DNA of 64,000 bases, taken from assembly GCA_023205875.1 (NCBI GenBank), contig CP060758.1:806001-870000 (forward strand). Direction: 5' to 3'. Numbering within the stretch: the first letter of the stretch is position 1; every line of letters starts with the position of its first letter. This document shows, piece by piece, positions 43,837 through 54,495 of the stretch. Position numbers and translations under genes: made by a program. Origin of the DNA: Chloropicon primus (taxonomy: Eukaryota). The notes under the pieces are model-generated. The model saw only the letters and a program-made list of their open reading frames with translations, searched no databases and was not told the origin of the DNA.

Positions 43837-44976
43837 ATGACTGGAGGAAGCAGGGAGCAGGGGCGGGGGACCGCGTACGAGGAGCAGAGGAGGGAGAACA
43901 TTCGGCGGAATAGGGACCGCATGAAAAGGCTTGGGGTGGAAGGCGTGATACCGGAACGGGGGGACGCGGATCGCAGCGCCGGGAAGAAGAAGAGGAGAGA
44001 TCGAGATCAAGGATTGGCGTTGCCGGTGCGCCAGTCTGCGAGGCTGAGGAATGTGCCGGCCGTGAGCTACACACTCCCGGATGAGGAACACCTCGAGGAC
44101 TTGGAGAGAGTTCGAAAGCGAGTGAGGAAACAAAACGCAGTCACGGGTGGGAACCGGATCCCCAAGCGCGAGAAGGTTACTCCCCCTGCTCCCTCGCCCG
44201 ACTCTTGCAGGGCGCTTTCGATCGACAAGGAGTACTGGGGGGACTCGGAGCTCGTCGGCCGAAAGCTCGTCCCTTCGAACGGCCTCGGACCAAAAGGTGC
44301 GAGGGGCGCCCAAAGCTCAGCATTCTCCTCAGCTCCTCAAGAGCCACCACATCGATCGCAGCCAGCGACGGGCCATCCTATTGTACTGACAGAACCTTTC
44401 ACACTTTTGCTCGTCTGATCTTCGCGACGACTCAGCCTTCATCATGGCGAGCCTCCGAGGAGCAAGCAACGGCAGACTGGCGCCACCAAAGTTTAGCAAA
44501 TATTCTGGCATTCAGGAGTGGGCGAACGCGGTGGTGCTCTTCGTGAACGTGAGCAGCAAGGTGAGAGTGACCCGCGACGACAAGTCATCCAAAGTAGGAG
44601 GTTCGTCCCACGATCCTCTGCTTCGACAGTCGATTCTGACTTCTCAAATGACTGCGACACCGCGCAGGGAGGACAGCAGGCGTACGATAACCTGTTTCTC
44701 GATAATTTCGGCAGGATGACTTGGTTTGCCCAAAAGTACCACGTGGAGGAGACTCCGGTGGTCCAAAGGCTTCTGAAATTGACGAAGCGAGAAGGCGGCA
44801 ATGGCGAAAGGGATCCGGTGCTTCTGTTTTGCAGAAGGGAGGGAGAAGCCTACGTCTTCGGGGGACAGCTCCAACTGGATCAATTCTTCCCCGAGACGAG
44901 GCCTCTGAAATTCATCTGGACGCTCCCAGAGAGACTGAGCGCCTCCAAGGAATTCCTGGACATCGTTGAAACGTAA
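43837..44976 (+). CDS. Hypothetical nuclear protein, 3 exons
   Basis: YEEQRRENIRRN and RQSARLR basic motifs; GT..CAG introns near 44297-44436 and 44561-44666. Confidence 0.6.
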
Positions 44977-45017
44977 GAATATCTGGTATGAATGCATTGA
45001 TGTGATGTTTGCGTGTT

Positions 45018-46357
45018 TCAGATCAGGCTCTGCCCTGCAGAGGGATCGAAGCTGAAAGACGGGGTATTTGGCCGTTCGTTCGGCTGTGTCGGGGCGGGGG
45101 AGGCAAACCCAAAGTCGGCCAGCCCCAAAGCTGGTCCGCCCGCACTAGTGGGGGCAGCACCATTCTTTCCCTGCTCGAGTGATGCAAGCTGCTTCCTCAA
45201 GGCCTCCACCTCCGCCTTGTACTCCATCGCTTTTGCTCGCAAATTCTCGTAAGCAGAGGCCCCTTTTTTGTTCTGAAGTCTGAGCTTCTCTAGTTCTGCG
45301 GCCATCTCGTCATTGGAGGCCCAGGTGTCCGCTTGGCCCTCCTGCTGGTTCTGCGGGGGCTTGGGCAAGTTAGAGGCAATCGGCAGCGAGCTTCTCCTCG
45401 AAGCCCGCTGCGCCTTCATTGTCATGCTCGCATCTTGCCTGCAGACGTCTTCGATCCACTCGGGGGGGTTCTCCAGAGTGAATTTCGCGCACTCGTTCAG
45501 CGTCTTGCTAAACTCGTCTTGGGCAAACAGCAACTCCAAGTTCGCAGTGAAAATTTGCACAGGAGCGTTCGTCAAAAACGCAGAGAGAAAGGTCACACAC
45601 TCCCCTTGAAGCTGCTCCTCCTCCTTGATGGCCTGCTGAAGCTTGGTCTCGTTGCTCGCAATCTTATCCGGCTTCTCGTTCTTCTCCTTCAATACTTTAC
45701 ACTTCCTCAAGTAGTGGTCGGTCTCGACCTGGGCCTTTCGCAAGGCATTCACGATCTTCGCAGCCTTCTTCTGGTCCTCCACCGCTTTGTCCAGCACGGT
45801 CATGAAACTGGACACGAAAGCGTTGGCGTAGGCCCTGCAGCCCAGGGGAAACCCTTCAGTCTTCCTTTTCCGTTCGAGCTCCTCTGGATCGGACGGCACG
45901 TACACGAGCTGTTCTACGGACATCATCGAGCAGCTGAAATCGTCCGCCTTGCCGCTGAGCTTGTTGAGAAGCATGTACACCTGGTCACCATCCTTCTTGA
46001 TGGAACTAAGGCAATCGGAGTACTTCTCGAATTTCTTCAGAAAGTCTTCCAGCTCGGGGTCCTTTGCAGGTAAACGCGTCCCCAAGAGGCAAAAGTCGCA
46101 CGCAAGAGAGAGACGGAGAGGTGCACGGAGGGACATCGTCAGGCTCGCCTCGCTGCCGGAAAGGAAGAGATGCCCACCAAGGGCTTCTGGGACCAAGATC
46201 CAGATCTTGGAAGCGACGAAAGGGATGAAAGCCCAACTTCCGGGACCTCTCGTGAACCCGTGCAGGGCCTCGTGCAGGGCCGCTCGCTTACCTTTTCCCT
46301 GTCGGAGCCCTTTATCCTCGACTCAACCCTACGCCTCACTTGCTTCAGCTTGAGCAT
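45018..46357 (-). CDS. BAR-domain-like helical protein, one intron
   Basis: Amphipathic N-terminus, DHYLRKC..L..K..KI..NE.KL pattern, low-complexity tail. Confidence 0.6.
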
Positions 46358-46526
46358 GATGGCTCCCAGCTGGCTCTTCTCTCTCGCGCGACAAGATCGA
46401 AGTGAAATCCGATTTTGAGGATGGAGGAACAGGAGAGGTGGAGGTGCCGGGGCCAATGCTGGGAATTCTCGATAATCGCGAGGAGGCACCCCGCAGCGCC
46501 TTGCAGCCTCGATGCCACCCTTCTTG

Positions 46527-46562
<36 letters not shown>

Positions 46563-46575
46563 CGTTGAATTAATC

Positions 46576-47872
46576 TCACTCAAAGCCGCTTAGGGCGTCA
46601 GCAATGTCGGTGTGTCCCCTTTCCCTCAGTCTTCGCATCAATATCTCCTTCTGGTTCGAGCTCATGGCGTAGGGTGAGTACTCTTCCGAAGGGAAGCTTC
46701 CTTGCTCAACGTCTCTGCAGTAGCGCGAAAGGGCCTCGTGGGCAATCTGGCCCAAGCTCGCGTACCTTGCATTGTGAAGAAGAAAACAGAAAGCGTTTCG
46801 AGAGTTAGAGTTAGTCCTCCTCCGCCTCACGTGTCTCTTGGGACGGCCCGCGCCCCCACACCTACCTTTTCGCAAAGCTGGGCGTCACGCTCTCGTGGTG
46901 CGGGTGCGAGAGCATCCCCAGCATGTCGTGGTACACGAGGACTTGACCACTCGTCCCGGGGCCCGAGCCGATCCCGATGGTGGGGATATCGAGCTTGCGC
47001 GTGATGGCCGCGGCCAGTTCGGAAGGGATGCACTCGAGAACCACGGAGAAGCACCCTGCGTCTTGCAGCCTCAGGGCTTGATCGTAAATCGCCTCCGCCT
47101 CCCTGGCAGACTTTCCGAGGGATCTGAACCCGCCCAGGACGCTGATGGACTGCGGGGTCAACCCCGTGTGCCCCATGACAGCTATCCCTGCTTGCACGAC
47201 CCCTTCGATCATCTCGAGCTTCTTTGGGTTCCCGCCCTCGATCTTCACCGCGTCCATGACGCCCTCCTTCAGGACTCTTACGCTGGTCTGGATGCACTGG
47301 GTCGCCGAAGACTCGTACGAGCCAAAGGGCAAGTCTCCAACGCAGAGTGCGCGCCGCGCGCCCCTGGCCACCGCTCTGCAGTGACTCAGGAGCTCATCCA
47401 GCGTGAGAGGCAGCGTGGTGTCGTAACCGTGGACGACCATGCCGGCGGAGTCGCCAACGAGGACGATATCCGCCCCAGCCGTATCGACCTGGCGAGACGA
47501 GCTGAAGTCGTAGGCAGTGATCACGCTGATCCTCCCGCCGTCCCTGTACTTTCTCGCCAGTGACCTCGTCGTCACCCTGTCCCCGATGTGGCTCTTCGGG
47601 CTCGACCCCGTCCCGTACACGCTGGACGCTTCGAGCTTCCCCCACTTCTCCCTCCCGCCGCCGCTGCTCGAGTACTGCCTCGACCGAGGAAGGTTCCCAC
47701 TCCACTTGCGAAACCGCTCCAAGAGTCCTCCTGGAGAAACGCCGATCGCCAAGGGGGGCGCGGGCAGCGCGGCGAGGGAGGAGGGCGTCGACGTCCTCGC
47801 GACCTTCCCCGCGCTCGCGACTGCCCTGACCAGCGCCAGAGACCCTGCCTTCCAACCCACTCCTCGGCTCAT
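46576..47872 (-). CDS. panB: Ketopantoate hydroxymethyltransferase, mitochondrial, one intron
   Basis: [43 protein letters not shown]. Confidence 0.96.
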
Positions 47873-47992
47873 GCTCCCCTCGCCTCGGCCTCGCCCCCAA
47901 AATAACGCACGAGCTCGCTCATCTCAACCCCTGGGGTCTGAACCAAGGCATTGGGATTATAATACAAAGAAGTGCTTAATTGTGTCCTTATT

Positions 47993-49363
47993 TTACTTTG
48001 CGGCGAGCTCCACGAACTTGTCAACCCTGTAGGTGTGCTGCATCATCTCCAACTGGTCCTTCTCCGCCTTGAAGAGGCTTGGCGCGTCGAGACCGCCCGC
48101 TGGGCCCGCTCCCATTGACATCTGCTGCTGCATCACTTGGGTGTCGTCGAAAGTCTTCTCTCCCATGATCAGTTGCAGCAGGCCTGTCGCCGTCGTGCAA
48201 GCAGACGCAAGAGCGAGTGGACCGGTCAGACGCTGGGAACGTAATGGCACAAGGAGGGAAGTATTCCTGTCGATCACTTTTCGCGCAAACTGTCAGACTC
48301 ACCTTGCATGCCGAAAAGGTTGAGGAAGTACCACGACAGGGACGAGATGTACGTCACGTCCAGGGAGGAGAGGTCCACGCCCCTCTGCAGCATGAGCTTG
48401 AACTTCTGGGTCAAGGGGAAAGGGACTTTGGCCACGACGAAACCGCTGAAAAAGAAATTCACCCACGCTCCCGTGACAAACTATTTTGGACAAAGGACGA
48501 CAGGAAAGCAGCGAGGTGAGGTTGTCAGCGCATGAGGTGCGGCACGCCAAGATTCCCAGGGGTCTAGTGAGGCTCGGGATCCTCGCTTACCTGCGGCACG
48601 ATCATCGTCAAGTTCTTCGTGAGCATGTCGGAGAGCATGCTTGGGTCGGACATCATCGCCTGCTGCGGGTTGAGCGACGGGTCGACCTTCTGCAAGAAGG
48701 CCCCCTTCTCCTTCTCGCAAAAGAATTCCTTCCTCTGGTTGAATGCCGCTCGGTTCAGGAATCCAGAATGAGCTCGAAGGTACTGGGACCTCTGGATCAG
48801 CTGCTTCGCCTGAATCGTCTTTATCTTCGGCGTGCTGCTTCCTCGCATCAGCTGACAGTTTTTTTGGTGAGGTCGGCGGGAGAGAATACCGGAGGAGCGC
48901 AAAGGCAGAGTCAGTCCACGCCCATCGCCAGATTCATTGCCGCCTCCCACCCCTTCAGCTCAATCGTCATGAGGCGGCGGAGGACTGACGAGTGAGGCAA
49001 TCGCTTTCGAGATCCCCACCGCAGTCAAGCAGCCAGCCTCGTTCTCTTCTCGTTGTCCGGGCCACGTACCTTTGAGACGAGGTGTCTGAGCACGCCGATG
49101 AGAAGCATGGCGAAGGTGATGGGTATCATCACCCAGTTCCTGACGTTTGGATCGAGCATCCTGCAAGATCACGCAGAGCAAAACACCCATGGGAAGAGGT
49201 CAGGGAAAAGGCCAAACTCGCAAAACGCTTTCTTTCGCGCTCAAGCCAAAAGAGCACACGAAGGAGAGAGGGGGGGGGGCGGAGAAAGAGCCTCACGAGG
49301 AGGAGCCCATCAGCTGCTCCCGCCCTCGCGCCGTGGGCACCCCGGTGCCGCGACTTACAACAT
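47993..49363 (-). CDS. EMC3: ER membrane protein complex subunit 3, multi-exon
   Basis: [45 protein letters not shown]. Confidence 0.93.
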
Positions 49364-49583
49364 GTTGCCAACCCCCTTCCTTCGATTGACGAGCTCGATC
49401 AGAAAAAAATGAAGCTTGCTCCTCCAGGGGCCTTGGAAGGAGGCCTTTGTGAAGTTCCACCGATGAGAGCTTGGCTTTAAGCCTGGGAGGCAATGACCAG
49501 GAATTCCAATCCGCGACGCGTGCAGCAGTCCGGGAGAGACTTCACAGGCAAATGAATCAGAAGTATGTTACAATGACAAAATA

Positions 49584-51359
49584 TTACGCCGCGTTGCTGT
49601 GGCTGGTGGTCCTGTCGACGAGAGCTTCCGCGACAAGGAAGTGGAAGAGAGACAAGGAGGCGATTGTGACGTCCCTTGGCTCCACGAACTCGAGGGGTGA
49701 GTGGCTTATGCCGTCCCTACACCGAACGAAGAGCATGCCTATCGGGGTGACCTCTGACATGGCCAGGGCGTCGTGCCCAGCCCCGCTCGCTATCACTGGG
49801 ACCGAGGCCTCGTCCATCTCCCAAAGTATGCTACTCTCTCCCTCCTTCCCCTTCCCGTCACCACCAACCGCTTCCGCTGGGTCGACTGACGACGAGACTT
49901 GCCGGGCCTCTTCGTACCGCTTGGCAAAGGAGTGCGCGCCGATGATACCCTTCCGGAGGGACTCTGTGAACACGGGGGACGACTGGCAGGACTCCGCGTT
50001 GTGCTTTGTCTCGATGTTGCAGTCCACGCTCCTCCTCGCGGCGATGTCCTTGAGGCTCACTCGGACCAAGTCCACGACCTCCTCCCTCATGGTGTCGTCC
50101 TTGCACCGAATGTCGATACTGAAGTTGGAGTACCCGGCAATGACGTTGGACGCCCCAGGGAAAACGTTGAACTCCCCCACCGTGCACACCAACATGTTCT
50201 CACGAGACAAGGGGAAAGCCTTGCAGTCCTTCTCTATCCTGTGAATCATCTCCGCGCTTGCCGCGATGGTGTCCCTCCTTTGGTCCATGGGAACCGTCCC
50301 GGCGTGCCCCGAGAACCCGTCGACCTGAACGTAGAGTCTCGTCTGGCCGCTGATCGCGCTGACGACCCCGACAGGCTGATTCAGGGACTGCAAGACGGGC
50401 CCCTGCTCTATGTGCACCTCGACGTAGCCGTAGAGCTCTTCCCTCTTCATGGCGATCTTCGCGATGTCCTCCTTGCTGTTGCTCAGCCCCACGGTCTCCA
50501 ACACGCTGGACAGCGTGTACCCCTTGCTGTCCCTGGCATCCAAGTACCCATGCTTGAGAAAAGTCCCCGAAACCGCCCTGCTGCCCAAAAAAGTGGATTT
50601 AAACCTCAAACCCTCCTCGTCGCTGAAAGCGATGACCTCCACCGGCCTCTTGAGAGCGAGGCCCTCGTCGCTGTCCAGCTTCAGCTTCAGGTTCTTCACC
50701 GCAGTTATCGCGGCAACTATTCCCAGCGTGCCGTCGTAAGCCCCCCCGTCGACGACAGTATCTATGTGCGAACCCAAAAGCAGTAGCTTTTCCCCCTCCC
50801 CTGTCTTGCCTCCCTCAGCCCCCGCGCCTGCACCGCCCGCCCTCTCGAGCCTTCCGTGCAAGTTCCCCACGCTGTCCAGCCAGACGCGCAACCCTGCCTC
50901 CTCCATCCACCTCCGGACGCTGGCGAGGGCTCGGAGCGAGCCCGGGCTGAGGAAAGTCCGCTCCAGGTGAAAATCACTGTCGCTGATCCCTGCCAACTCG
51001 TCCAGGTAGCTGTTCGTCATGTTCGCGTTCGCGAAAAACGTCCTCATCATCTTCAAGTTCTCATCCCGCTCACGTGACACCCCGGCGAGGAGGACCCCCG
51101 CGCCCGCGCCCGTGGCCCCGAGCACGCTCCCCCCCTCGTCGCAGACGCCGTCACCCCCGACCTCATCCCTCGCCCTCCCAACGCCACCTGCCCTCGCATC
51201 CTCGCCCAGCGTCGCCCCCTCGACCCCAACAGGACAAGCCAGTGCCACCCACACCCAAGCGACAAAAAAGGACACCACCACCGCCTTTTTTTTTCGTCGA
51301 CCCCGCCAAGCGCAAAGGACCCGAGAGCGCGTCCGAGTAGGAGTACGATCCCGCCTCAT
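49584..51359 (-). CDS. AAH: Allantoate deiminase/amidohydrolase (M20)
   Basis: GSHIDTV, YDGTLG, FSDEEG, EVHIEQGP, GHAGTVPM, SGAGHDA, GISHSP. Confidence 0.92.
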   Translation of the reverse strand: MRRDRTPTRTRSRVLCAWRGRRKKKAVVVSFFVAWVWVALACPVGVEGATLGEDARAGGVGRARDEVGGDGVCDEGGSVLGATGAGAGVLLAGVSRERDENLKMMRTFFANANMTNSYLDELAGISDSDFHLERTFLSPGSLRALASVRRWMEEAGLRVWLDSVGNLHGRLERAGGAGAGAEGGKTGEGEKLLLLGSHIDTVVDGGAYDGTLGIVAAITAVKNLKLKLDSDEGLALKRPVEVIAFSDEEGLRFKSTFLGSRAVSGTFLKHGYLDARDSKGYTLSSVLETVGLSNSKEDIAKIAMKREELYGYVEVHIEQGPVLQSLNQPVGVVSAISGQTRLYVQVDGFSGHAGTVPMDQRRDTIAASAEMIHRIEKDCKAFPLSRENMLVCTVGEFNVFPGASNVIAGYSNFSIDIRCKDDTMREEVVDLVRVSLKDIAARRSVDCNIETKHNAESCQSSPVFTESLRKGIIGAHSFAKRYEEARQVSSSVDPAEAVGGDGKGKEGESSILWEMDEASVPVIASGAGHDALAMSEVTPIGMLFVRCRDGISHSPLEFVEPRDVTIASLSLFHFLVAEALVDRTTSHSNAA

Positions 51360-51802
51360 GTGGGCCGCACCCTCGTGCTCTCCCCTCCCCTTCCGCGCCC
51401 CCTGGAACGGAACGCCTCGCTCTTGCCCCTCCCCTGTCGATCGATCGACCCTTCCGCTCCTCCTGGACCACAGACTGCTCTTCGGGAGATCTCGATAAAG
51501 GAGGAGCCAGAAAGGGGAAGGAAGTTTCCTCACACGAAGGCCGGTGCTGGTGCTTGTGCCGGTGCAAGGAAGGGGAGATGGGGGGCACCAGGGGGCTCGG
51601 AAGGAGGGGGATCGAGGTCCCAACCCACGAAATGACGAAGAGTCTTTGTCTTCCCGCTCGACTTGACGGAAAAAGCAAGGCAGGAGACGCTTGTGGCACA
51701 CACCCAAAGATTCCTCAATTTTTTTTTCCCAAACGTTTGCGTGCGTTGATTCATAGTACACAGTCTTAATCGACCTTTGCACAAAACTAACGGTACACAG
51801 TC

Positions 51803-52381
51803 TTAATCGGAGAATTCCTCGATCTTCTTTGCCCAAGCCTGAAGCTCCTCCTCGGAGTCCGCCTTGAGGTACCACTCCTTGTTGCGCTCCTTGTTAATCT
51901 GAAAGGCCTCGAAAGAGATAATACCGTCCTTCATCTCGAACTTGTTCACCGTCTCGAGCTCGCAAACCCCAACAGGCAAGACCTCCTCGTTGCTGGCGTC
52001 TTCCTCCTTAAAATAGTATTGCAAGACATACTGACTTCCCGCTTGCACTATGGTGAAGTACCGTTTTTGCCAGCTGCCTGCGAACGGGAAAAGGAGACCG
52101 CGGGACGGGAGAGGAAAAGAAAAAGGAATTGTGTCAGCAACCACGCGTGCACGCACAATGCTTCGTTTCGTTCTAGAGGATGCCTGCCGCAAGGCTCCCT
52201 TTCGCGACGACGAACAACAACCATCTTCCCTTGCCTCGTGAAAAGATTCGACGCCTTGGGGGGTGGGTTTGACTGATTGGAGGTCTTGGGGGAGCAAACC
52301 TCGTCGAATTCTCGTGGCCTACTTACGTGGAAACTTGTTCCTCCTCTTGAAGAGGAAACCGCTCTTCGTGTTCTCGGACAT
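51803..52381 (-). CDS. Small single PH-domain protein, intron ~52078-52326
   Basis: MSENTKSGFLFKRRNKFP/RSWQKRYF...LKADSEEELQAW. Confidence 0.8.
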
Positions 52382-52799
52382 CGCAAGGTGCAAAGGTCTC
52401 CTGGAGACGCTCGAAACCCAATTAACTTTCTAAGCCGAGCCGCCACGACCCTTCCCTTTTCCGATGCCTCGCCTGGTGTGTAATCCAACCCTTGAAGAGG
52501 GGAGGAGCAGGTCTCTTGCGCTCTATTCGTTTGAGGATGGCCTTCGTTGTCACTCTCCTCCTGGGACAAGACAACACAAGATGAAGAAAGACCTCACACA
52601 AGACACAAGACCTGATGTGAGGTGAGGTGTTCTTTTTCGCACAAGACCAAGCTGAAGCCAAGACCAGGGGAAAACTAAACTAAACGCACTGAGAAGACTC
52701 GATGGTGGGGGTAGAGACCAACAAACAAACAAACTCTACAAACTCCGGACCACGAAGACAAGTTCTTGGGGAACAACTGAACGTTCCTCGAGAGACCGA

Positions 52800-53170
52800 A
52801 CGCTTTCTTAGCGATAACAGCACCAGGCGTTCGGACCCAATCGAATTTACGAATCTCTCAGGGCTGATTCGGCTATTACACTTTAGGTTTAAGGAAAACT
52901 ATGGGAAAACTCGAGCTGATGGGATGATAGGAGTCATAAGACTATCCTATCCAGGGGTGGCACCCCATAACATAGGACTGAGCCACATCGCACGACAGTC
53001 GCGCTCATGGCTGCAGCCAGCCTAACCCCCTAGACGTCTCCGTCTGCCCAACGTTTAGGGAGGCTTTCTTGGAGACGCGGAGCGGGGGGCTCCGCGCCGG
53101 CGCCGTTACGGTAAACCATGCAGAGTCCAAGGAACGCAACGCTTAAGAGCTCGGAACTTCCGAGGGGAAT
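52800..53170. ncRNA. Putative structured non-coding RNA or element (unassigned)
   Basis: Dense stems: GAATC/GATTC, GATAGGA/TCCTATC, GGGG/CCCC, AGCCA/TGGCT, CGTCTCC/GGAGACG, CGCGGAGC/GCTCCGCG, CTCGGAA/TTCCGAG. Confidence 0.35.
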
Positions 53171-53336
53171 CGTGCTTGCTTGCATGCTTTCTTTAATAAA
53201 TATATATATATACATATATATCCACGAGCTTCACTCTCTGATAAGTGAATGTTTTTATGCCGGATCACTCGACACTCGGTAAGTACATCCACACAACGCA
53301 AACGACCCGACCCGCCAGCGCTGCTAGCCTCCGAGC

Positions 53337-54119
53337 CTAAGGCTGCGCGCTCTTCACGTCGTCGTAAATTTCCTGCAGGACTGTTGCCCAATTATTCAAG
53401 ACTTCCTTCGTGGAAGTTGGGTCCCCTTTGAGCACCCACTCCTTGCTCCTGTCTTTGTTCGGCTGAAAGGCTTCAAAATAGATGAGGTCCCCACTGTACG
53501 TGAACTTCTCCACCGTTCGCAGGTCAACTGAGCCCAGAGGCGCGGCGTCGGTCATGTATTCTTCCCTTGAAGGGAAGTACTTCATCGTGCAGTAGCCGTC
53601 CTCCTCCACCAAGACGAAGAACCTCCGTTGCCACGTCTTTGGGAACTTGTTTCTTTGCTTCATCAGGTTTCCCTCCACAGGCTTCTCCAGCTTGAAAGTG
53701 AGCTCCCAGCTCGACTCGGCGCCTTTCTTGGCCTCCCCCTCGTCGACGCTGTTCTCCCTCTCGATGTCGAGTATCGCAGACTGCTGGGCCTTCAGCAAAG
53801 AGGACAGACTCTTCGTCATGCACTCCACGAGGTCTGACATCTTTTCACACTTGAACCTGTGGAGCCTCTCCGAAGTCGTCGTGCCATTGTTCTCGTCGCC
53901 TTCGGAAGAGGCCTTTTCCAACTTCTCGTTCACGACGAGCTCCCCTTTGCTCTTCGCATGCCACCAAGCCTTGACGCTCTCCCACTTGACGAACAGCGCC
54001 ACTTCCTCGTTCACGGTGTTCGTCACAGTAATTCCAGACTTGCCCACCTGGTACCTGCAAAGGACCGCGTTCTCGGCAGTCTGGACGTACACGACCTCAA
54101 ATGTCTGCTCCGCTACCAT
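53337..54119 (-). CDS. Tandem PH-like/PH-domain protein, paralogous to 51803-52381
   Basis: GNLMKQRNKFPKTWQRRFF...FEAFQPNKDRSKEWVLK mirrors the neighbour's FEAFQINKERNKEWYLK. Confidence 0.8.
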   Translation of the reverse strand: MVAEQTFEVVYVQTAENAVLCRYQVGKSGITVTNTVNEEVALFVKWESVKAWWHAKSKGELVVNEKLEKASSEGDENNGTTTSERLHRFKCEKMSDLVECMTKSLSSLLKAQQSAILDIERENSVDEGEAKKGAESSWELTFKLEKPVEGNLMKQRNKFPKTWQRRFFVLVEEDGYCTMKYFPSREEYMTDAAPLGSVDLRTVEKFTYSGDLIYFEAFQPNKDRSKEWVLKGDPTSTKEVLNNWATVLQEIYDDVKSAQP

Positions 54120-54495
54120 TTCATCTCCCCTTGGACTTCACCCGACCCGCCTCTGTTGCGGCACTCCGTCCGTCCAAACCCAAACACAAGGCTCTTTCCT
54201 CCAGGCTCAAGGGACGGGGCCAAGATGCGAATCTTTGGCCACAGTCAAAAAGAGAGTTCGATGGGAATCAAGGACAACGAAGCCAATTCGGCCGAGGGAA
54301 CACGCTTCCCGACCCAAGCGAAACAAGGAGGACCGAGGCAACGTCTCTGTGTCGCCGAAACTGCTCTCAACAACTCCCCAGCACTGAGGAGGAGTCAATT
54401 GATTGGAGATTGCTTGATGGACAGGGGAGGGGAAAAAATGTTTCCTATAAAATTCTTTCTACAAGTTTACAAGTCGAGGGGGCGACCTTCGGACT

